Positions 17,501 to 27,627 of a stretch of 64,000 bases of DNA are shown one piece after another; within the stretch, counting starts at the first letter, position 1, and every line of letters begins with the position of its first letter. The stretch is from IMG/VR virus record IMGVR_UViG_3300049846_000568, positions 64,001-128,000 of that record; one strand, written 5' to 3'. A program made the position numbers and the translations under genes. The notes beneath the pieces are model-generated. The model did no database searches, was not told the DNA's origin, and saw only the letters and a program-made list of their open reading frames with translations. This DNA is from a virus.

Positions 17501-19857
17501 GATATATACTGTCCGTTTACGTAGTTACCCGGAGTCAGGCGCTCCCTAACAACATGTGGACCAATCTCTCTCGGCACTGTAAACTTGGGCGTATATTCCT
17601 CGGTCCAAACATACGGTGGCTCATTCTCGTCAAGCTCGGCCGAATCTACATGCTCTACGCTAGAGTTTGTAACCTCAATAGAGTAGACGCGGCTTGAGTT
17701 CACGACCTTACGCAAATCCTCTTCACTCATACTCTCTTCAATAAGCTGCTTAACAGTCTTGGCTACGGTCTTACCGTTGTCTCCGGGTACCTCTAGCCTA
17801 CGCTGCCATACAACTGTTGGATCTGATCGGCTCTTAATACGCTCAACAAACTGATTACGTTCAATCTCACTCTGAGAGAGGATATCGTTAGCGCCATCTG
17901 CGGTGTTGTTGTTGATAACCCAGGATGGACGCCATGGAGATGAGAACGACCAACTACTGCTTAGCGTAAACTCATCACTATCATCAAGGGCACGGCCCTT
18001 CATAGCGTATAGGCAGATGTTGTACAGGAGCTTGTATGCGCCCTCTTGCGCCCAGGCACTCGCCATTTCAGCATAATCCTCTGGGGTACCGGCGTCGTAC
18101 GCTGTATCACCAAGGTTTAAACTAACGAGCTGCCCAGTAGTTGGATGTGCCAAATAGTTTGTGGCGATATCGACGGTGTCAATAATGACCGAACCACCGG
18201 AACTGAATTCCCGACGAATCATTACAGGCTTGTATGTGGTGTCTGCGGAGCTTCTAGCCTTCAGAATTGTCTCGTAGTATGTTGGATTGCTGTAGATGTA
18301 GTGAGATGCCCTATCTCCATTGCTGGACCAAACGGCCATCACATTAACTAGCGCCGGATGAAGAGAATTGTACTCGTCACCAGAGCCATCATTGAAGTCC
18401 CAACCGCCAAGCTGTGTGTCGGCATCGAAAAAGATGTCTGTCGTATTCGAAACAGTAAGTGTGCCAAGAGCCGCATAGTCGTCATTTGCCCCAGGGTAAT
18501 TGACAATAGATCCGTCATATGGGTCTACGAAGCTTGTAAAAGTGCAGCCCAAACCCTGTGGAAGTGAACGTGTTCCGCACTCGATAATGAGAGTGCCGCC
18601 AAGCTGACGCGTAAAGTAATCAATCTTATTTAGGTAGGGTGTGAAATCAAACTCATATGTCTCAGGATGCCAGACAAGGATGTCGAACTCCTGCAGTTGC
18701 GACATGGTGATTGTGTCGAAGTTGACATTCCAATATGTTGCGCTTGTCTTTTCGATTGCACCAGATGGGTTTGCTTTGTTGAGCTTCTCTGTAACTGGAT
18801 TGATGAACTGTAAATTGCCGGCGTTGTAATCACTGACACTCATGTTGTAGAAGACGTACGGAGCAATGGCTCTAGTTCCAGCGGTCCAATTTGGGTTTGT
18901 CCAGTTTGTGCTAACGGTACCGCAGCGAATAACCTGCTTTGATCTTGTAGGGTCGATTCTAACCTTCTCGGTAAAATCGCACGTTACGCGCCACCTAAAG
19001 AGCTGGAACAATCTAGGATCGTTAACCGCTTTCTTGGGCACATATACCTTGTAGCCATCGGCGGCGGCCGTCTTGATGCCAAGGAGTTGCTCTTTTTGAT
19101 TGGTCGGCTTTGTACTGTAAATTCGCTTGAATCTATTGGCCGGGTCGAAGACATCGCTCTCTTCTGGCACATACTGGTAGTAGTGTAGCGGATTTAGTAC
19201 TTCTCTATGATTGATGTTCTGGTTCTTAAACTGCCCATTTGTATCAATCTCTACCTTATTGTACTGAAGGTATAAATTCTCAGCCGTATCCGTATCAACG
19301 TAGGCGTAGACCCTGTAGGCGGTCTGGGCTTCTTCTGCCTCTTCAACCGCTCTCGCCACAGCGATTCTATACTTTGGCTTACCAGTCTCGTCTGTGTATT
19401 CCTTGCCGTTGTTGTCAACAACCTTTACGTTAGGAATGGTGAGAGGGTGGACCGTATCAAAAGACGAGTAACCCTTAATGTCTATGTGGAAGTACCGGCT
19501 TACGTGCACGTAGGGAAGGATTGACTCAGCCGTGTATTCGTTACCGGGACGAAGTTCAAAATCCTCATTGATACTGAACACATCAGCGACGGATGGATAT
19601 TCGTCAAAGATGGCCTGATTACCAAACTCATCCTGCAGAATACCGAGTTCGTCTGCGTACATGAGCTTACATGCGCCAAGCGTACCAGTTGTGTTTTCGG
19701 GCGTAATATTCGATGTATCGATGATGATCAGATTGTTCTCCGGGTTAAGAGCGGGGGCCTTAACCCAAGACAGATTTACATCACCATCAGGAACACGGAC
19801 ACCCCTACGAATGGCCTTTTCGTTACCCGCAGTAGATTGGTTGCGAAATCTGTCCAT
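14569..19857 (-). CDS. Large baseplate/tail protein with an internal peptidoglycan-binding domain (1762 aa)
   Basis: PG_binding_1-like LNRGDWGKVVYWMQTALN...DGYWGNVTHDAVLRFQ...DGALD at about 16995-17200; C-terminal LDTRRRGGG. Confidence 0.7.
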   Translation of the reverse strand: MDRFRNQSTAGNEKAIRRGVRVPDGDVNLSWVKAPALNPENNLIIIDTSNITPENTTGTLGACKLMYADELGILQDEFGNQAIFDEYPSVADVFSINEDFELRPGNEYTAESILPYVHVSRYFHIDIKGYSSFDTVHPLTIPNVKVVDNNGKEYTDETGKPKYRIAVARAVEEAEEAQTAYRVYAYVDTDTAENLYLQYNKVEIDTNGQFKNQNINHREVLNPLHYYQYVPEESDVFDPANRFKRIYSTKPTNQKEQLLGIKTAAADGYKVYVPKKAVNDPRLFQLFRWRVTCDFTEKVRIDPTRSKQVIRCGTVSTNWTNPNWTAGTRAIAPYVFYNMSVSDYNAGNLQFINPVTEKLNKANPSGAIEKTSATYWNVNFDTITMSQLQEFDILVWHPETYEFDFTPYLNKIDYFTRQLGGTLIIECGTRSLPQGLGCTFTSFVDPYDGSIVNYPGANDDYAALGTLTVSNTTDIFFDADTQLGGWDFNDGSGDEYNSLHPALVNVMAVWSSNGDRASHYIYSNPTYYETILKARSSADTTYKPVMIRREFSSGGSVIIDTVDIATNYLAHPTTGQLVSLNLGDTAYDAGTPEDYAEMASAWAQEGAYKLLYNICLYAMKGRALDDSDEFTLSSSWSFSSPWRPSWVINNNTADGANDILSQSEIERNQFVERIKSRSDPTVVWQRRLEVPGDNGKTVAKTVKQLIEESMSEEDLRKVVNSSRVYSIEVTNSSVEHVDSAELDENEPPYVWTEEYTPKFTVPREIGPHVVRERLTPGNYVNGQYISRTYPPKPYGMRVDVKYADTAQDLDTKTVTWTATGTAVETINIVDRRTETWASSGSGTTFTSYMPFDFGVRHPYGIDTFAAANYYNAHSNHNYPSYAAFFRLNRGDWGKVVYWMQTALNYFIFWGYMSGPYVPTDGYWGNVTHDAVLRFQSTFGALEQDGALDAEMLSMMGSQILRLQSDYYGAFGSYIEDWVYPDAIPDNALASPNTTFFQSPLFQMSRSGISDGNSTFTWSKRSNYGGANTPNYIWDIIQISLNRSAKIWGVTLIPHVEGAQGSLGGSMLFEALSVHTASNLPGYNGFVGSGLANFPTGYVNVPVNARVAHGEPYFVPFNPVYGDTVMVRLGQDTPTGIGRILQFGVSDIQIHTDQSYYSQTNIALERSGSAVVTTGRDVVIALTPNYTGNGTLSNVNWSNVTTNLPSDIVASISHSGILTLRNLRVHNQSGTNYKSGPYIGRTTSNPAVSTTPTADVYRVAGYTYYSKDEHGRINPVKESGWITKVDGLKLFCNASGKPFGFPEMPTAVGPREAQRHYATISLSALDVDPEVMVGFYDIKNQEFILSQEGKPEMTYLEWISRGPENVFVAAITDYEVDKKADLPADGGPLLPYRLAMPVYGICTSPGSQIKVEPLSANLGPHDMWGLPVKTGSFIRPIAVPAVNDLPTTNAWLEGYAGTIVKAFYAVPEAKSGSWSIIYGRPFIDVKDESPVIVTDTKIQVRQAPIHMVTVPTVVSSYGTAADPRRPVFTVSTRASINDSWTALTWEDIADYNISTGEIELVSPLDSTDPALVKVDYTTARLNYYLTYADGNQLNLNPYPGHNRDLVGKPIYVYALPQFVKDEENRIISDSVRTTTLSWTLDPSIFNRLDPDYNPLAVQLAVVYITSTLDINDLVMLDTRRRGGGAKDTATLQEIEQLISESNAYWDVTNATGMTYQKGGFILIRLPAELKDQFPNKQDVIDTIRRNITVGVQFRIEDLEGKEW

Positions 19858-19860
19858 GTA

Positions 19861-22800
19861 CTAAAACTCCCTATAATCGGGGCGTGCTTCTGTTAGGTCG
19901 TTCACTGATGTGGGCGTTCTCAATGGTCCCAGTGCGCCGAGCTGATACTGGCGATATCTATCGACCGCATACCAATCAGATGGGTTAACTTCCCATGTTA
20001 CTGGTGTCGCTGGCGCGAGTGGTGTAGCCTCATCGTAGAAGGTTGGCCAAGCGTAGGTACCGTTGGGGGCCAAATCTGGAATGGTCTCTGTTCTCTCACT
20101 GAACTGAACGGCGTTGCGGGGTAGACCATTAAGGTTTTCGACTCCATGAATCGAATCGATATACTCAACCCAGAACACAACATCGCCAGTCAAGCTCCAG
20201 TCTGGTGTTGCCGGGTCATTCCAGCCACCCGGAGTGGCGCCATACCCATCAATACTGCCATAAGCCCTGACATTGTCTATAGTAATCCCATCATCGGTTA
20301 TAGCAAACCCGTGATCAGAAGCCGATACATTTCCTGCTTGCACCGTCCAAGAATCCACCAATACACCATTGATATACCACTCTATTGACGTGCCCTCAAA
20401 CACTGCCCTAACAGTATCCCCGTCCGCATATGGGACTCCTGTATCGTTAAATACAACCGGACCGCCACCGTCTACCTCGAATACTTGCCAGTTGGCACCG
20501 TATCCACTAGCTACACCAATACCGAGATACTGATTGGAATTCAGGTAACGGACATACATGAGATCGCCGCTACCGCCTACAGTACCGCCAGAGAATGTCC
20601 AAGTTGATTCTACCGAACCATCAGCCTCACAGGTGGCAAATGCCTGACCTCCACCCGATGCTGGGAAGGTCTCCACCTTGTTGTTGTACACCCTAAAAAT
20701 TGAGGGACCAAAACCACTCCACGGTCCACCAAGCTCGGCGTTGTGGTTCTGGAGATCTTTATTGTTGATGTCGGTGAAAGTATCAATCAAAACGGGAGAA
20801 TGATACGACATGTTTGGTGATGCTGTCTCACTCTCTAGGGCCACCATCCAATAACCTGGAGACCATGGCGTAGCGGCCATAAATGGTCCTACGTTGAAGA
20901 CACCGTTTTCATCGGCCACAACTCGACCAGCCTCATTGTCCCAACCGGGAGACGCCGCGGCAGTTTCGTACTGGGTCGTCCAAACATCCTTCATATAGCG
21001 GCCCTTACGCCAATAAACTACGGCATAAGGTACTGGTGTATGTGAATCATCTTCAACTCGACCATATAGCTCAACACTAGAATTGCCGTCAGCGGGAATC
21101 TGCTGAACATTTGGCACTGCTGCAAGTGTATAGGTTGGCGTCGCCTTTGGAGTAATGTGGTAGTTCACAGTTGCCGACGCATCACCCGATACTGTCACCA
21201 TACCGGAGAGGTCCGTGTTTGTGCTGGCCGATAGAAGCTTAACCACAGCAAAACCGTCATCATTTGTTGTTACGGTTGTATAATCAAGCGTACCAAATGT
21301 GGTGCCGAGATTGAATGTGGCGTTGGGCTTTGGATTGCCATGAATATCTAACGACAGAAGCGTAACTATCAAGTAGTCTTGACCATCAGCGATAATGCTT
21401 GATGGGCTAATCCTTACCTCAACCTTATCCAAATCATACTCATTGTGGGAGATATAGATAAAGCCCTCATCAAGTACTGTATAGAAGGTGCTCAACGGAA
21501 GCTGGACCGGTGTAGCTGGATCGAACTTTGAGATCTCGTAGTTAATCGAAACCTCAGCGGGCAGTTCCTGATCAAACACCAATCGAGTCTTATTTTGGTT
21601 ATCTACATCCACATATTCGTGATCTGCGTAGAACGAGCGACTGACCTTGTAAGTCAACTCATATTCATGATCAACGTTTGTATTGTCTGATGTAGTAATT
21701 GCGTTAGTTTCCGTAAAGGTGGCTGCTGCTACTGTTTCGCCAGTATTAAGGTTGGTTACTGATATGTCGTAAATATCTTCATAAGCAGCATATAGGACCG
21801 TTGAACCTGTACCATAGACCGTTTGAGTGGTGTATTGGGTAAATCCTGGTGTCGCCTCGTCCCAAAAGGCGACCTGCCTATACTCCCTAGGTGTCAGCTC
21901 GTTTGTCTTAACGATGATTGGGGCACCCTGGCGAGCAACCCTTGAAAGGATCTTCGCGTCTGATGTAATTGTCGCTGTCTCTTCGGATGGCGTAGCATAG
22001 AAGTAGTATTCGTCGTTACGATCGTAGAACCACCCAGAATGAACCTGCGGATACCACTGCTCTGGGATATTTGGGTTCAATCTTGCGCGAACCACAAATG
22101 GTCCATACGAATATACGCCCCCATCTAGTGTTTCATCTACGGCGTTAGCGGGGTACGTAACTGCGGTGCCGTCATCGAATGATGGTTGCACTGTGTTAGA
22201 GTCGAGCCATACAATTACCCGACCATTGTCAATTGACTCCACGCCAATCCAAGTTACAACGTAATCTTCCGTATTTGGAATGCCGAAGTCATCCCTACTA
22301 ACCGTCATCGTCTCTAGATTATAGTTTGAGTTCCCTGGTTGTGGAGCAATTCCATTACGCCATGGGCCATTCTCGTCAACGACACCACTAAAGGTGTTTA
22401 GGCAGTCATACTCAAATAGCTCCCAGTACGGGCAGTTGGCTACGGGGTAAAGAGCACCAACTGGTGTGGCGTTTTCGTCAACAGCCTCAAACACAAACTC
22501 TGCAGTATCTGCCGTAAATGTCTTTTGTCCGTTAGTCCAAGTCGAAGACCCATTACAACGAACATACTCTGCGGGGATGAACAGGCCTGAACCGTCTACA
22601 TCTGTTGTGTAGCCACCATAGCTATTGTTATCGTCTGCGTCTGTTGTAACAATCTGAACCTTATAGGTACGGAGTCCGGTCTCGTATGGGTGCCAAATTA
22701 TTGCTGGTACAGGAATGGTAAAGCTTTGTAGTCCTTGGTCCGGAAGTGCCCCATTGATAGATACGGTATAGCGGTGCTTATCTGAGACCCACGTATCAGT

Positions 22801-24897
22801 GGAAGAAGCCGTTTCCTTGCTCTCCATTGAAATCGACACCGGGTGGAATGCAGAGATAAGGGGGGTAGAACCACCATCAATCGTAATTGGTGTGGCGCCG
22901 TCTGCGTATTCTAGCAGGGATGTTGTATCGCCACTAAACCAAGCGGTGTAGGTATCGCTCGATGGCATATACGCATAGTATGGCGAGCCGCCGTTGTAGT
23001 GCCAGTTGCCATTATAGATCTTGCAGCTTGTGATGTCCGCCCAAGTAAAACTATAGCTTGAGCTTACCGTATGTTCGCCACCGGTAGAGTCAACCCAAAT
23101 CATCCCAGGGACACTCTGTCCGTCCTGAGTCATGAAGAAGTGCTCAACTACGCTATTTGTAGTAGGTGTTGCGGACTGCTCACCGTTATTTGTTGTGAGC
23201 GAGAAAATGTGACGAAGAGTTCCCTTGCCAGTAACAGCAAGCTCGATGGTAAAGTATGCGGTTGTATCCGGGTTCTCGTACTTAGTGTAAGGTACTTCAC
23301 CCCAAATATTAACGTCAAAGGTGATCTTACGAAACTCGTCGCGTGTCTGCTTCCTGCGACCACGCAGCTTTACGTGTCCCGTAAACTCTCTAGCACCTGT
23401 TACCTCATCTGGGCGATAGACATATAGATCGTTACCGTCACCAATACCAGACTGCGTATCATCATCATCAAGTGGAGTAGCATCATATCTGCGCGCTAGT
23501 TCGGAATAACCTTCGCCTTCCTGTCCACCAGCATCCCATGTAATGTTGCCCCAAACAAAGTTGCCCCACGTACTTGGATACTCTTTGGCCAAGGATTGAA
23601 TTAAGTTGATGAACTTCTGTGTCGGCACGCCGTCAAGGCCAACAAAGTCTGTATGATTCTCCAGGTCATCAATCTCATACACCTCAGGAGTTGCCCCTGG
23701 GAAGTAAGAATCCGGTGTGGAGTCTACAGGATCCTGGAAGTACTGCCACAAACTAAGCTCTCGCCTAAGGGCCAACTTGAACGCCTCTACACCAACACCT
23801 GGCTTGTTGATAAACACATCAAGAATACGACCCTTGAAGTATTCGTTTGTCTCAAGATGGAGTCTACTAAGGTCTACCTTTAGGCCAAACTCGTCAAACC
23901 AGTTCCAGATATGGTGTGGCGATGCAGTATAGGCACTGTAGTTGATGAGGATTTCATCATAGTTCTTGTTGAGGAAGATGACGTCCTCAACATCGTCATG
24001 CCAAAAACCATATTCGTCATCTGTAAGATCGTAGAAGTCTTCCAAATTAGAACAACGAGACAGTTCAACACCATCACCACTAATCTGGTAAACGGCATTT
24101 GGCACGTCTGCAATGATGTAGATCCAAGCCTTCTGGTTTACGTCTGCCGTGTTGATAAACTGCTGAGCGTAGACGTAAGCTATATCATCTCGAAGGTCAT
24201 CTAACCACTCGCCAGCAACTGCACTAAGCAGCATGCCGGATAGCGAGGTTGGGGTGGCCAGTTCAGGTGTTGCGGGATCTTCGTTCTCAATCTCGCGAAC
24301 GGCCATCCACTCAGGAAACTTGTTCTGAATATCACGAACAGACTTGTAGGAAGGCTTGCCCTGAAGCGGTTCGCCAATCCTGACCCTAATGATAAGTTCG
24401 ACATCCGCTGACGAAAAGTCCTGATCACTACTAAGGCGAAGAACTACCCTACCATAACGATATGAGGATACCTCACCAATGTAATCAAGGTTTGTAACGC
24501 CAGCCTTAAATGCCCACTCATCGGGAAACTGCGCCGTAGCATCATCTATCGTATACAGGTCAAGAGCGCAGTTAACATCCGCTACACCGTTCAGTGTGGA
24601 AAAAGTAATGTCATAGTCTACAACATCAATACGACCAGATTGGTCAATAAACCTGTCATTGTCGATGATACCAATCTCTGTCTCTGTGGCGGAGAGCTGG
24701 TCATAGCCGACATATGTGTTATTACCTAAGCTGTCAAGACCGTAATTAGACTTAATTGTAGAGTAGTTGCGGTAAGATGGCGTCGCCATCTCGGATGCGG
24801 CACTCTGGTTATCGTAGAAATCGATGATACCAGAAGTCCAAGTGTTATCACTTTTTGTAAAGTCTTCTGTAACAAGTCTTAGGTAATAGGTCTTCAA
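19861..24897 (-). CDS. Large baseplate protein with Ig-like and lectin-like domains, Ala-Thr-Pro rich (1678 aa)
   Basis: Wedge-like FDEFGLKVDLSRLHLETNEYFKGRILDV; invasin/Big_1-like IIADGQD and IPADGNS modules; 17 ATP tripeptides. Confidence 0.7.
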   Translation of the reverse strand: MKTYYLRLVTEDFTKSDNTWTSGIIDFYDNQSAASEMATPSYRNYSTIKSNYGLDSLGNNTYVGYDQLSATETEIGIIDNDRFIDQSGRIDVVDYDITFSTLNGVADVNCALDLYTIDDATAQFPDEWAFKAGVTNLDYIGEVSSYRYGRVVLRLSSDQDFSSADVELIIRVRIGEPLQGKPSYKSVRDIQNKFPEWMAVREIENEDPATPELATPTSLSGMLLSAVAGEWLDDLRDDIAYVYAQQFINTADVNQKAWIYIIADVPNAVYQISGDGVELSRCSNLEDFYDLTDDEYGFWHDDVEDVIFLNKNYDEILINYSAYTASPHHIWNWFDEFGLKVDLSRLHLETNEYFKGRILDVFINKPGVGVEAFKLALRRELSLWQYFQDPVDSTPDSYFPGATPEVYEIDDLENHTDFVGLDGVPTQKFINLIQSLAKEYPSTWGNFVWGNITWDAGGQEGEGYSELARRYDATPLDDDDTQSGIGDGNDLYVYRPDEVTGAREFTGHVKLRGRRKQTRDEFRKITFDVNIWGEVPYTKYENPDTTAYFTIELAVTGKGTLRHIFSLTTNNGEQSATPTTNSVVEHFFMTQDGQSVPGMIWVDSTGGEHTVSSSYSFTWADITSCKIYNGNWHYNGGSPYYAYMPSSDTYTAWFSGDTTSLLEYADGATPITIDGGSTPLISAFHPVSISMESKETASSTDTWVSDKHRYTVSINGALPDQGLQSFTIPVPAIIWHPYETGLRTYKVQIVTTDADDNNSYGGYTTDVDGSGLFIPAEYVRCNGSSTWTNGQKTFTADTAEFVFEAVDENATPVGALYPVANCPYWELFEYDCLNTFSGVVDENGPWRNGIAPQPGNSNYNLETMTVSRDDFGIPNTEDYVVTWIGVESIDNGRVIVWLDSNTVQPSFDDGTAVTYPANAVDETLDGGVYSYGPFVVRARLNPNIPEQWYPQVHSGWFYDRNDEYYFYATPSEETATITSDAKILSRVARQGAPIIVKTNELTPREYRQVAFWDEATPGFTQYTTQTVYGTGSTVLYAAYEDIYDISVTNLNTGETVAAATFTETNAITTSDNTNVDHEYELTYKVSRSFYADHEYVDVDNQNKTRLVFDQELPAEVSINYEISKFDPATPVQLPLSTFYTVLDEGFIYISHNEYDLDKVEVRISPSSIIADGQDYLIVTLLSLDIHGNPKPNATFNLGTTFGTLDYTTVTTNDDGFAVVKLLSASTNTDLSGMVTVSGDASATVNYHITPKATPTYTLAAVPNVQQIPADGNSSVELYGRVEDDSHTPVPYAVVYWRKGRYMKDVWTTQYETAAASPGWDNEAGRVVADENGVFNVGPFMAATPWSPGYWMVALESETASPNMSYHSPVLIDTFTDINNKDLQNHNAELGGPWSGFGPSIFRVYNNKVETFPASGGGQAFATCEADGSVESTWTFSGGTVGGSGDLMYVRYLNSNQYLGIGVASGYGANWQVFEVDGGGPVVFNDTGVPYADGDTVRAVFEGTSIEWYINGVLVDSWTVQAGNVSASDHGFAITDDGITIDNVRAYGSIDGYGATPGGWNDPATPDWSLTGDVVFWVEYIDSIHGVENLNGLPRNAVQFSERTETIPDLAPNGTYAWPTFYDEATPLAPATPVTWEVNPSDWYAVDRYRQYQLGALGPLRTPTSVNDLTEARPDYREF

Positions 24898-24907
24898 CTT
24901 CTACCCT

Positions 24908-26095
24908 TTAGTTGTCTAAGTAGATCGTGTGCTCCGAAGTTACTCCGTGAACTGGATGGACGAACTGCAAGTGCTGAGATGGTCTGCCCATAACGGCAAG
25001 GGTCTCTTGCGCATAAGTGTTGTAACTTTCGGGCGACCCACTGATCCTGAGGATTGAGCTACCAAGAGTCATCTTGCAGTTCTGGTGATAATGCCCCATG
25101 AATACGTCACCGAAAGGTTCGGGCACTGCGCCATCCTTCCAACCCATTACCTTCTTGTAGTAGGTGTGGCTAGACGTAGGAGGAGGTAGCTGGTCTCCGT
25201 GTATTAGTAACGTGCCATACTCGCCAATGGTATCAACAGCGTAGAAATTGCTTTCGCCATGACCATCTGGGATATCAAAGGTTACTCTTGGCTCATTTGC
25301 AAACATGTGCTCCACAATCTTGTAGAGCAGTCTGTCCATATTTGTCTCAGAGTTGTACTCTCTCCTACTGCGGCCACCAATTGATCCATGGTTGCCAATT
25401 ACGCCAACAAAGTGAACGTGCTCAAACTCCTGTAGAAGTCTGAGAATCATGTCTCGGATAATCTCCGGACCATTTACACCCACCTGCTTATACAGGCTTG
25501 AATCGATTAGGTGTGACTGACCAGAGAAGATATCCTCACCCTCAACAATGTCACCAATAAACCAAAGGTGGATATCTCTTACGGGATGATCTGCCCTCTG
25601 AACATTTGTTACCTCAATAATTCTCTCTGTATACTTAGCAATTCTCTCGCGGCATACTTCTGAGTTGTAGGTAGGGGTAACCTTGCCTAGCTGCCAGTCA
25701 GCGCAAACGGCTACTGCTGTTTCCTCGTCTCCACCAGAATAGCGAATCTTTGGCGGATCAACCTGAGGCGGGCGGATCTTCTCTACAGCCTCCTTCATAG
25801 CATCGTACACGGCGTCAACAGCGTGATGCTTGATGATCTTGTGCTTGTCTGCCAATCGGGCGAGACGAACTACCTCTTTACGAAGGAAGATGACTTCCTC
25901 TTCAAGATCTAGGTCGTCTAGACTATATGCTGGGGCCACGCTTTTAGCGACAGCTTCAGCAACATCTTGAGTCCAAGCTCTACGCTTCGCTTCATTCTCC
26001 GCGTTTCGCTTACATCTAGGACCGCAATACTTTTGATTGTGTACTACCGGCTCAAAAGTGTTGCTGCAATCTGGTCCAGCGCATTCTCTATCCAT
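24908..26095 (-). CDS. Calcineurin-like metallophosphoesterase with N-terminal Cys4 zinc finger
   Basis: Motifs DWQ, GDIVEG, GNHG, HGD, GHYH; N-terminal CAGPDC...YCGPRC. Confidence 0.8.
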   Translation of the reverse strand: MDRECAGPDCSNTFEPVVHNQKYCGPRCKRNAENEAKRRAWTQDVAEAVAKSVAPAYSLDDLDLEEEVIFLRKEVVRLARLADKHKIIKHHAVDAVYDAMKEAVEKIRPPQVDPPKIRYSGGDEETAVAVCADWQLGKVTPTYNSEVCRERIAKYTERIIEVTNVQRADHPVRDIHLWFIGDIVEGEDIFSGQSHLIDSSLYKQVGVNGPEIIRDMILRLLQEFEHVHFVGVIGNHGSIGGRSRREYNSETNMDRLLYKIVEHMFANEPRVTFDIPDGHGESNFYAVDTIGEYGTLLIHGDQLPPPTSSHTYYKKVMGWKDGAVPEPFGDVFMGHYHQNCKMTLGSSILRISGSPESYNTYAQETLAVMGRPSQHLQFVHPVHGVTSEHTIYLDN

Positions 26096-26107
26096 AAACC
26101 TTCTTCT

Positions 26108-27247
26108 TTATGAGGCTATCTGTATTGTGATGCTACCAGGGATTACCTGCTCGTCGTCTTTGACTACGTAGTTCCTACGAATTGTCTCAACGCCGCGCGG
26201 TGCGAATCTATTGATACGCACGTCCTGGATAGCGGATGATGTGTCCATGATCGCCTGGATGAGTCTATTATACACCAAAGTATCGCCCGGAAGAAGCGAA
26301 TTGATGTAACGCATCACTGAAACTCTGACCATGTCTGCTAGGTTGTCTTCAACAACCGAAGATCCTAGCACAATCGATACTGAGATATCAACCAGGATCG
26401 TGCTCGGTTCCTTAACAATCATTCGTACGCCAACTGGCCGTACTTGGTCCATCGCAACTTTAGCCGAGGCGTAGACACCCACCGATGAGGTCGGGTTCTC
26501 CGCGATTACAAGAGCTTCAAAGGTTCCCATACCATAAGGAGCCTGGCGAATCTTCACATCGCGTACACCATTGACATTTAGGGCGGCGAACCTAACTGCA
26601 TCTGAAGTTCCGGAACTTGCTACACGGATAGCCTTAACTAGTCGTACTCGGAAGTTTTGATCGCTCTCATATCCAGGCTGTGGAGCAATAGCCTTAGGGT
26701 TTGTACAGTTTACCGTAGTACCTGGAGGAGAGGTAAAGTTATGGGTAGTCAGCGTATTAGCGGCGGCGCTGAACATCCCGTCGCTGAAACTTGGACGAAT
26801 CGAAGCAAAGACCTTTGTACGGCCCGCCTGAATGATCGCCTCGGCCGTTGTATCGAACGCGAGCTGCCTACCAATGAACGAATCTATTCCCGTATATACC
26901 CGAGTTCCTGAAGGAATGACAATATCGGAACCATAAGGCGTATCAATGTAGAAATAAAACGCTCCAAGCTGCGCATTAACGGCAGCCATATCCGATAAAG
27001 TACGGCGTCTAATGCCATAGAGTTCCCCCAAAAGATCTAATGATCTACCTGTAGCGGTAGAAATAACAGACTGAGCAAGGTTGTACTCTAAGGCATCATA
27101 CATGTCGCCCAACTGCTCACTAATGGCCTCGGTAAATGCCCGTGCTACAGAACCTGGACTAGTAGAAGTGATGGGAGTATCCTTCTCAAGCCGCCAAAGG
27201 GCCTCTCTCAAGATCTCTGCTCGTCTCTTTCTAGCATAAATTGCCAT
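26108..27247 (-). CDS. Baseplate J-like wedge protein
   Basis: PGSVARAF, ATGRSLDLLGELYGIRR, GYESDQNFRVR, GTSDAV are typical Baseplate_J features. Confidence 0.85.
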   Translation of the reverse strand: MAIYARKRRAEILREALWRLEKDTPITSTSPGSVARAFTEAISEQLGDMYDALEYNLAQSVISTATGRSLDLLGELYGIRRRTLSDMAAVNAQLGAFYFYIDTPYGSDIVIPSGTRVYTGIDSFIGRQLAFDTTAEAIIQAGRTKVFASIRPSFSDGMFSAAANTLTTHNFTSPPGTTVNCTNPKAIAPQPGYESDQNFRVRLVKAIRVASSGTSDAVRFAALNVNGVRDVKIRQAPYGMGTFEALVIAENPTSSVGVYASAKVAMDQVRPVGVRMIVKEPSTILVDISVSIVLGSSVVEDNLADMVRVSVMRYINSLLPGDTLVYNRLIQAIMDTSSAIQDVRINRFAPRGVETIRRNYVVKDDEQVIPGSITIQIAS

Positions 27248-27627
27248 TACTGAACCCCTAAGTCTTGCTCTACGGATAGGATCAGCTGACTGCGTGATCC
27301 ACTTTCAATGAAGATATCAAATCTAATCGTTTGTGGACCGGTCGGCACTGCGTTGATCCTGATCGGCTTACCAATAAATCGTCCCTCCCTATTGAGAGCC
27401 TCCTCTATCAATGCCGCCCCATACTGTCCTGTAGCCTCTGTTTGGGGCATGCCGAAGAGCTGCGAAAGCTCCGTACCCAGTGTGGGATATAGTACAAAGT
27501 CAGCGGGCTCTGTCTTCACGCGTATATAAGCCTGCTGTGCGTCGTCTCGCCACGGTGATTCCGTTATCGCAATATCGCCAGAAGGGCTCACCTTAATGTC
27601 CCCATCTTCAGAGAAATACCAATCCAT
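27247..27627 (-). CDS. gp25/W-like baseplate wedge (sheath initiator)
   Basis: SPSGDIA...RVKTEPADFVLYPTLGTELSQLFG; directly upstream of baseplate J. Confidence 0.75.
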   Translation of the reverse strand: MDWYFSEDGDIKVSPSGDIAITESPWRDDAQQAYIRVKTEPADFVLYPTLGTELSQLFGMPQTEATGQYGAALIEEALNREGRFIGKPIRINAVPTGPQTIRFDIFIESGSRSQLILSVEQDLGVQ

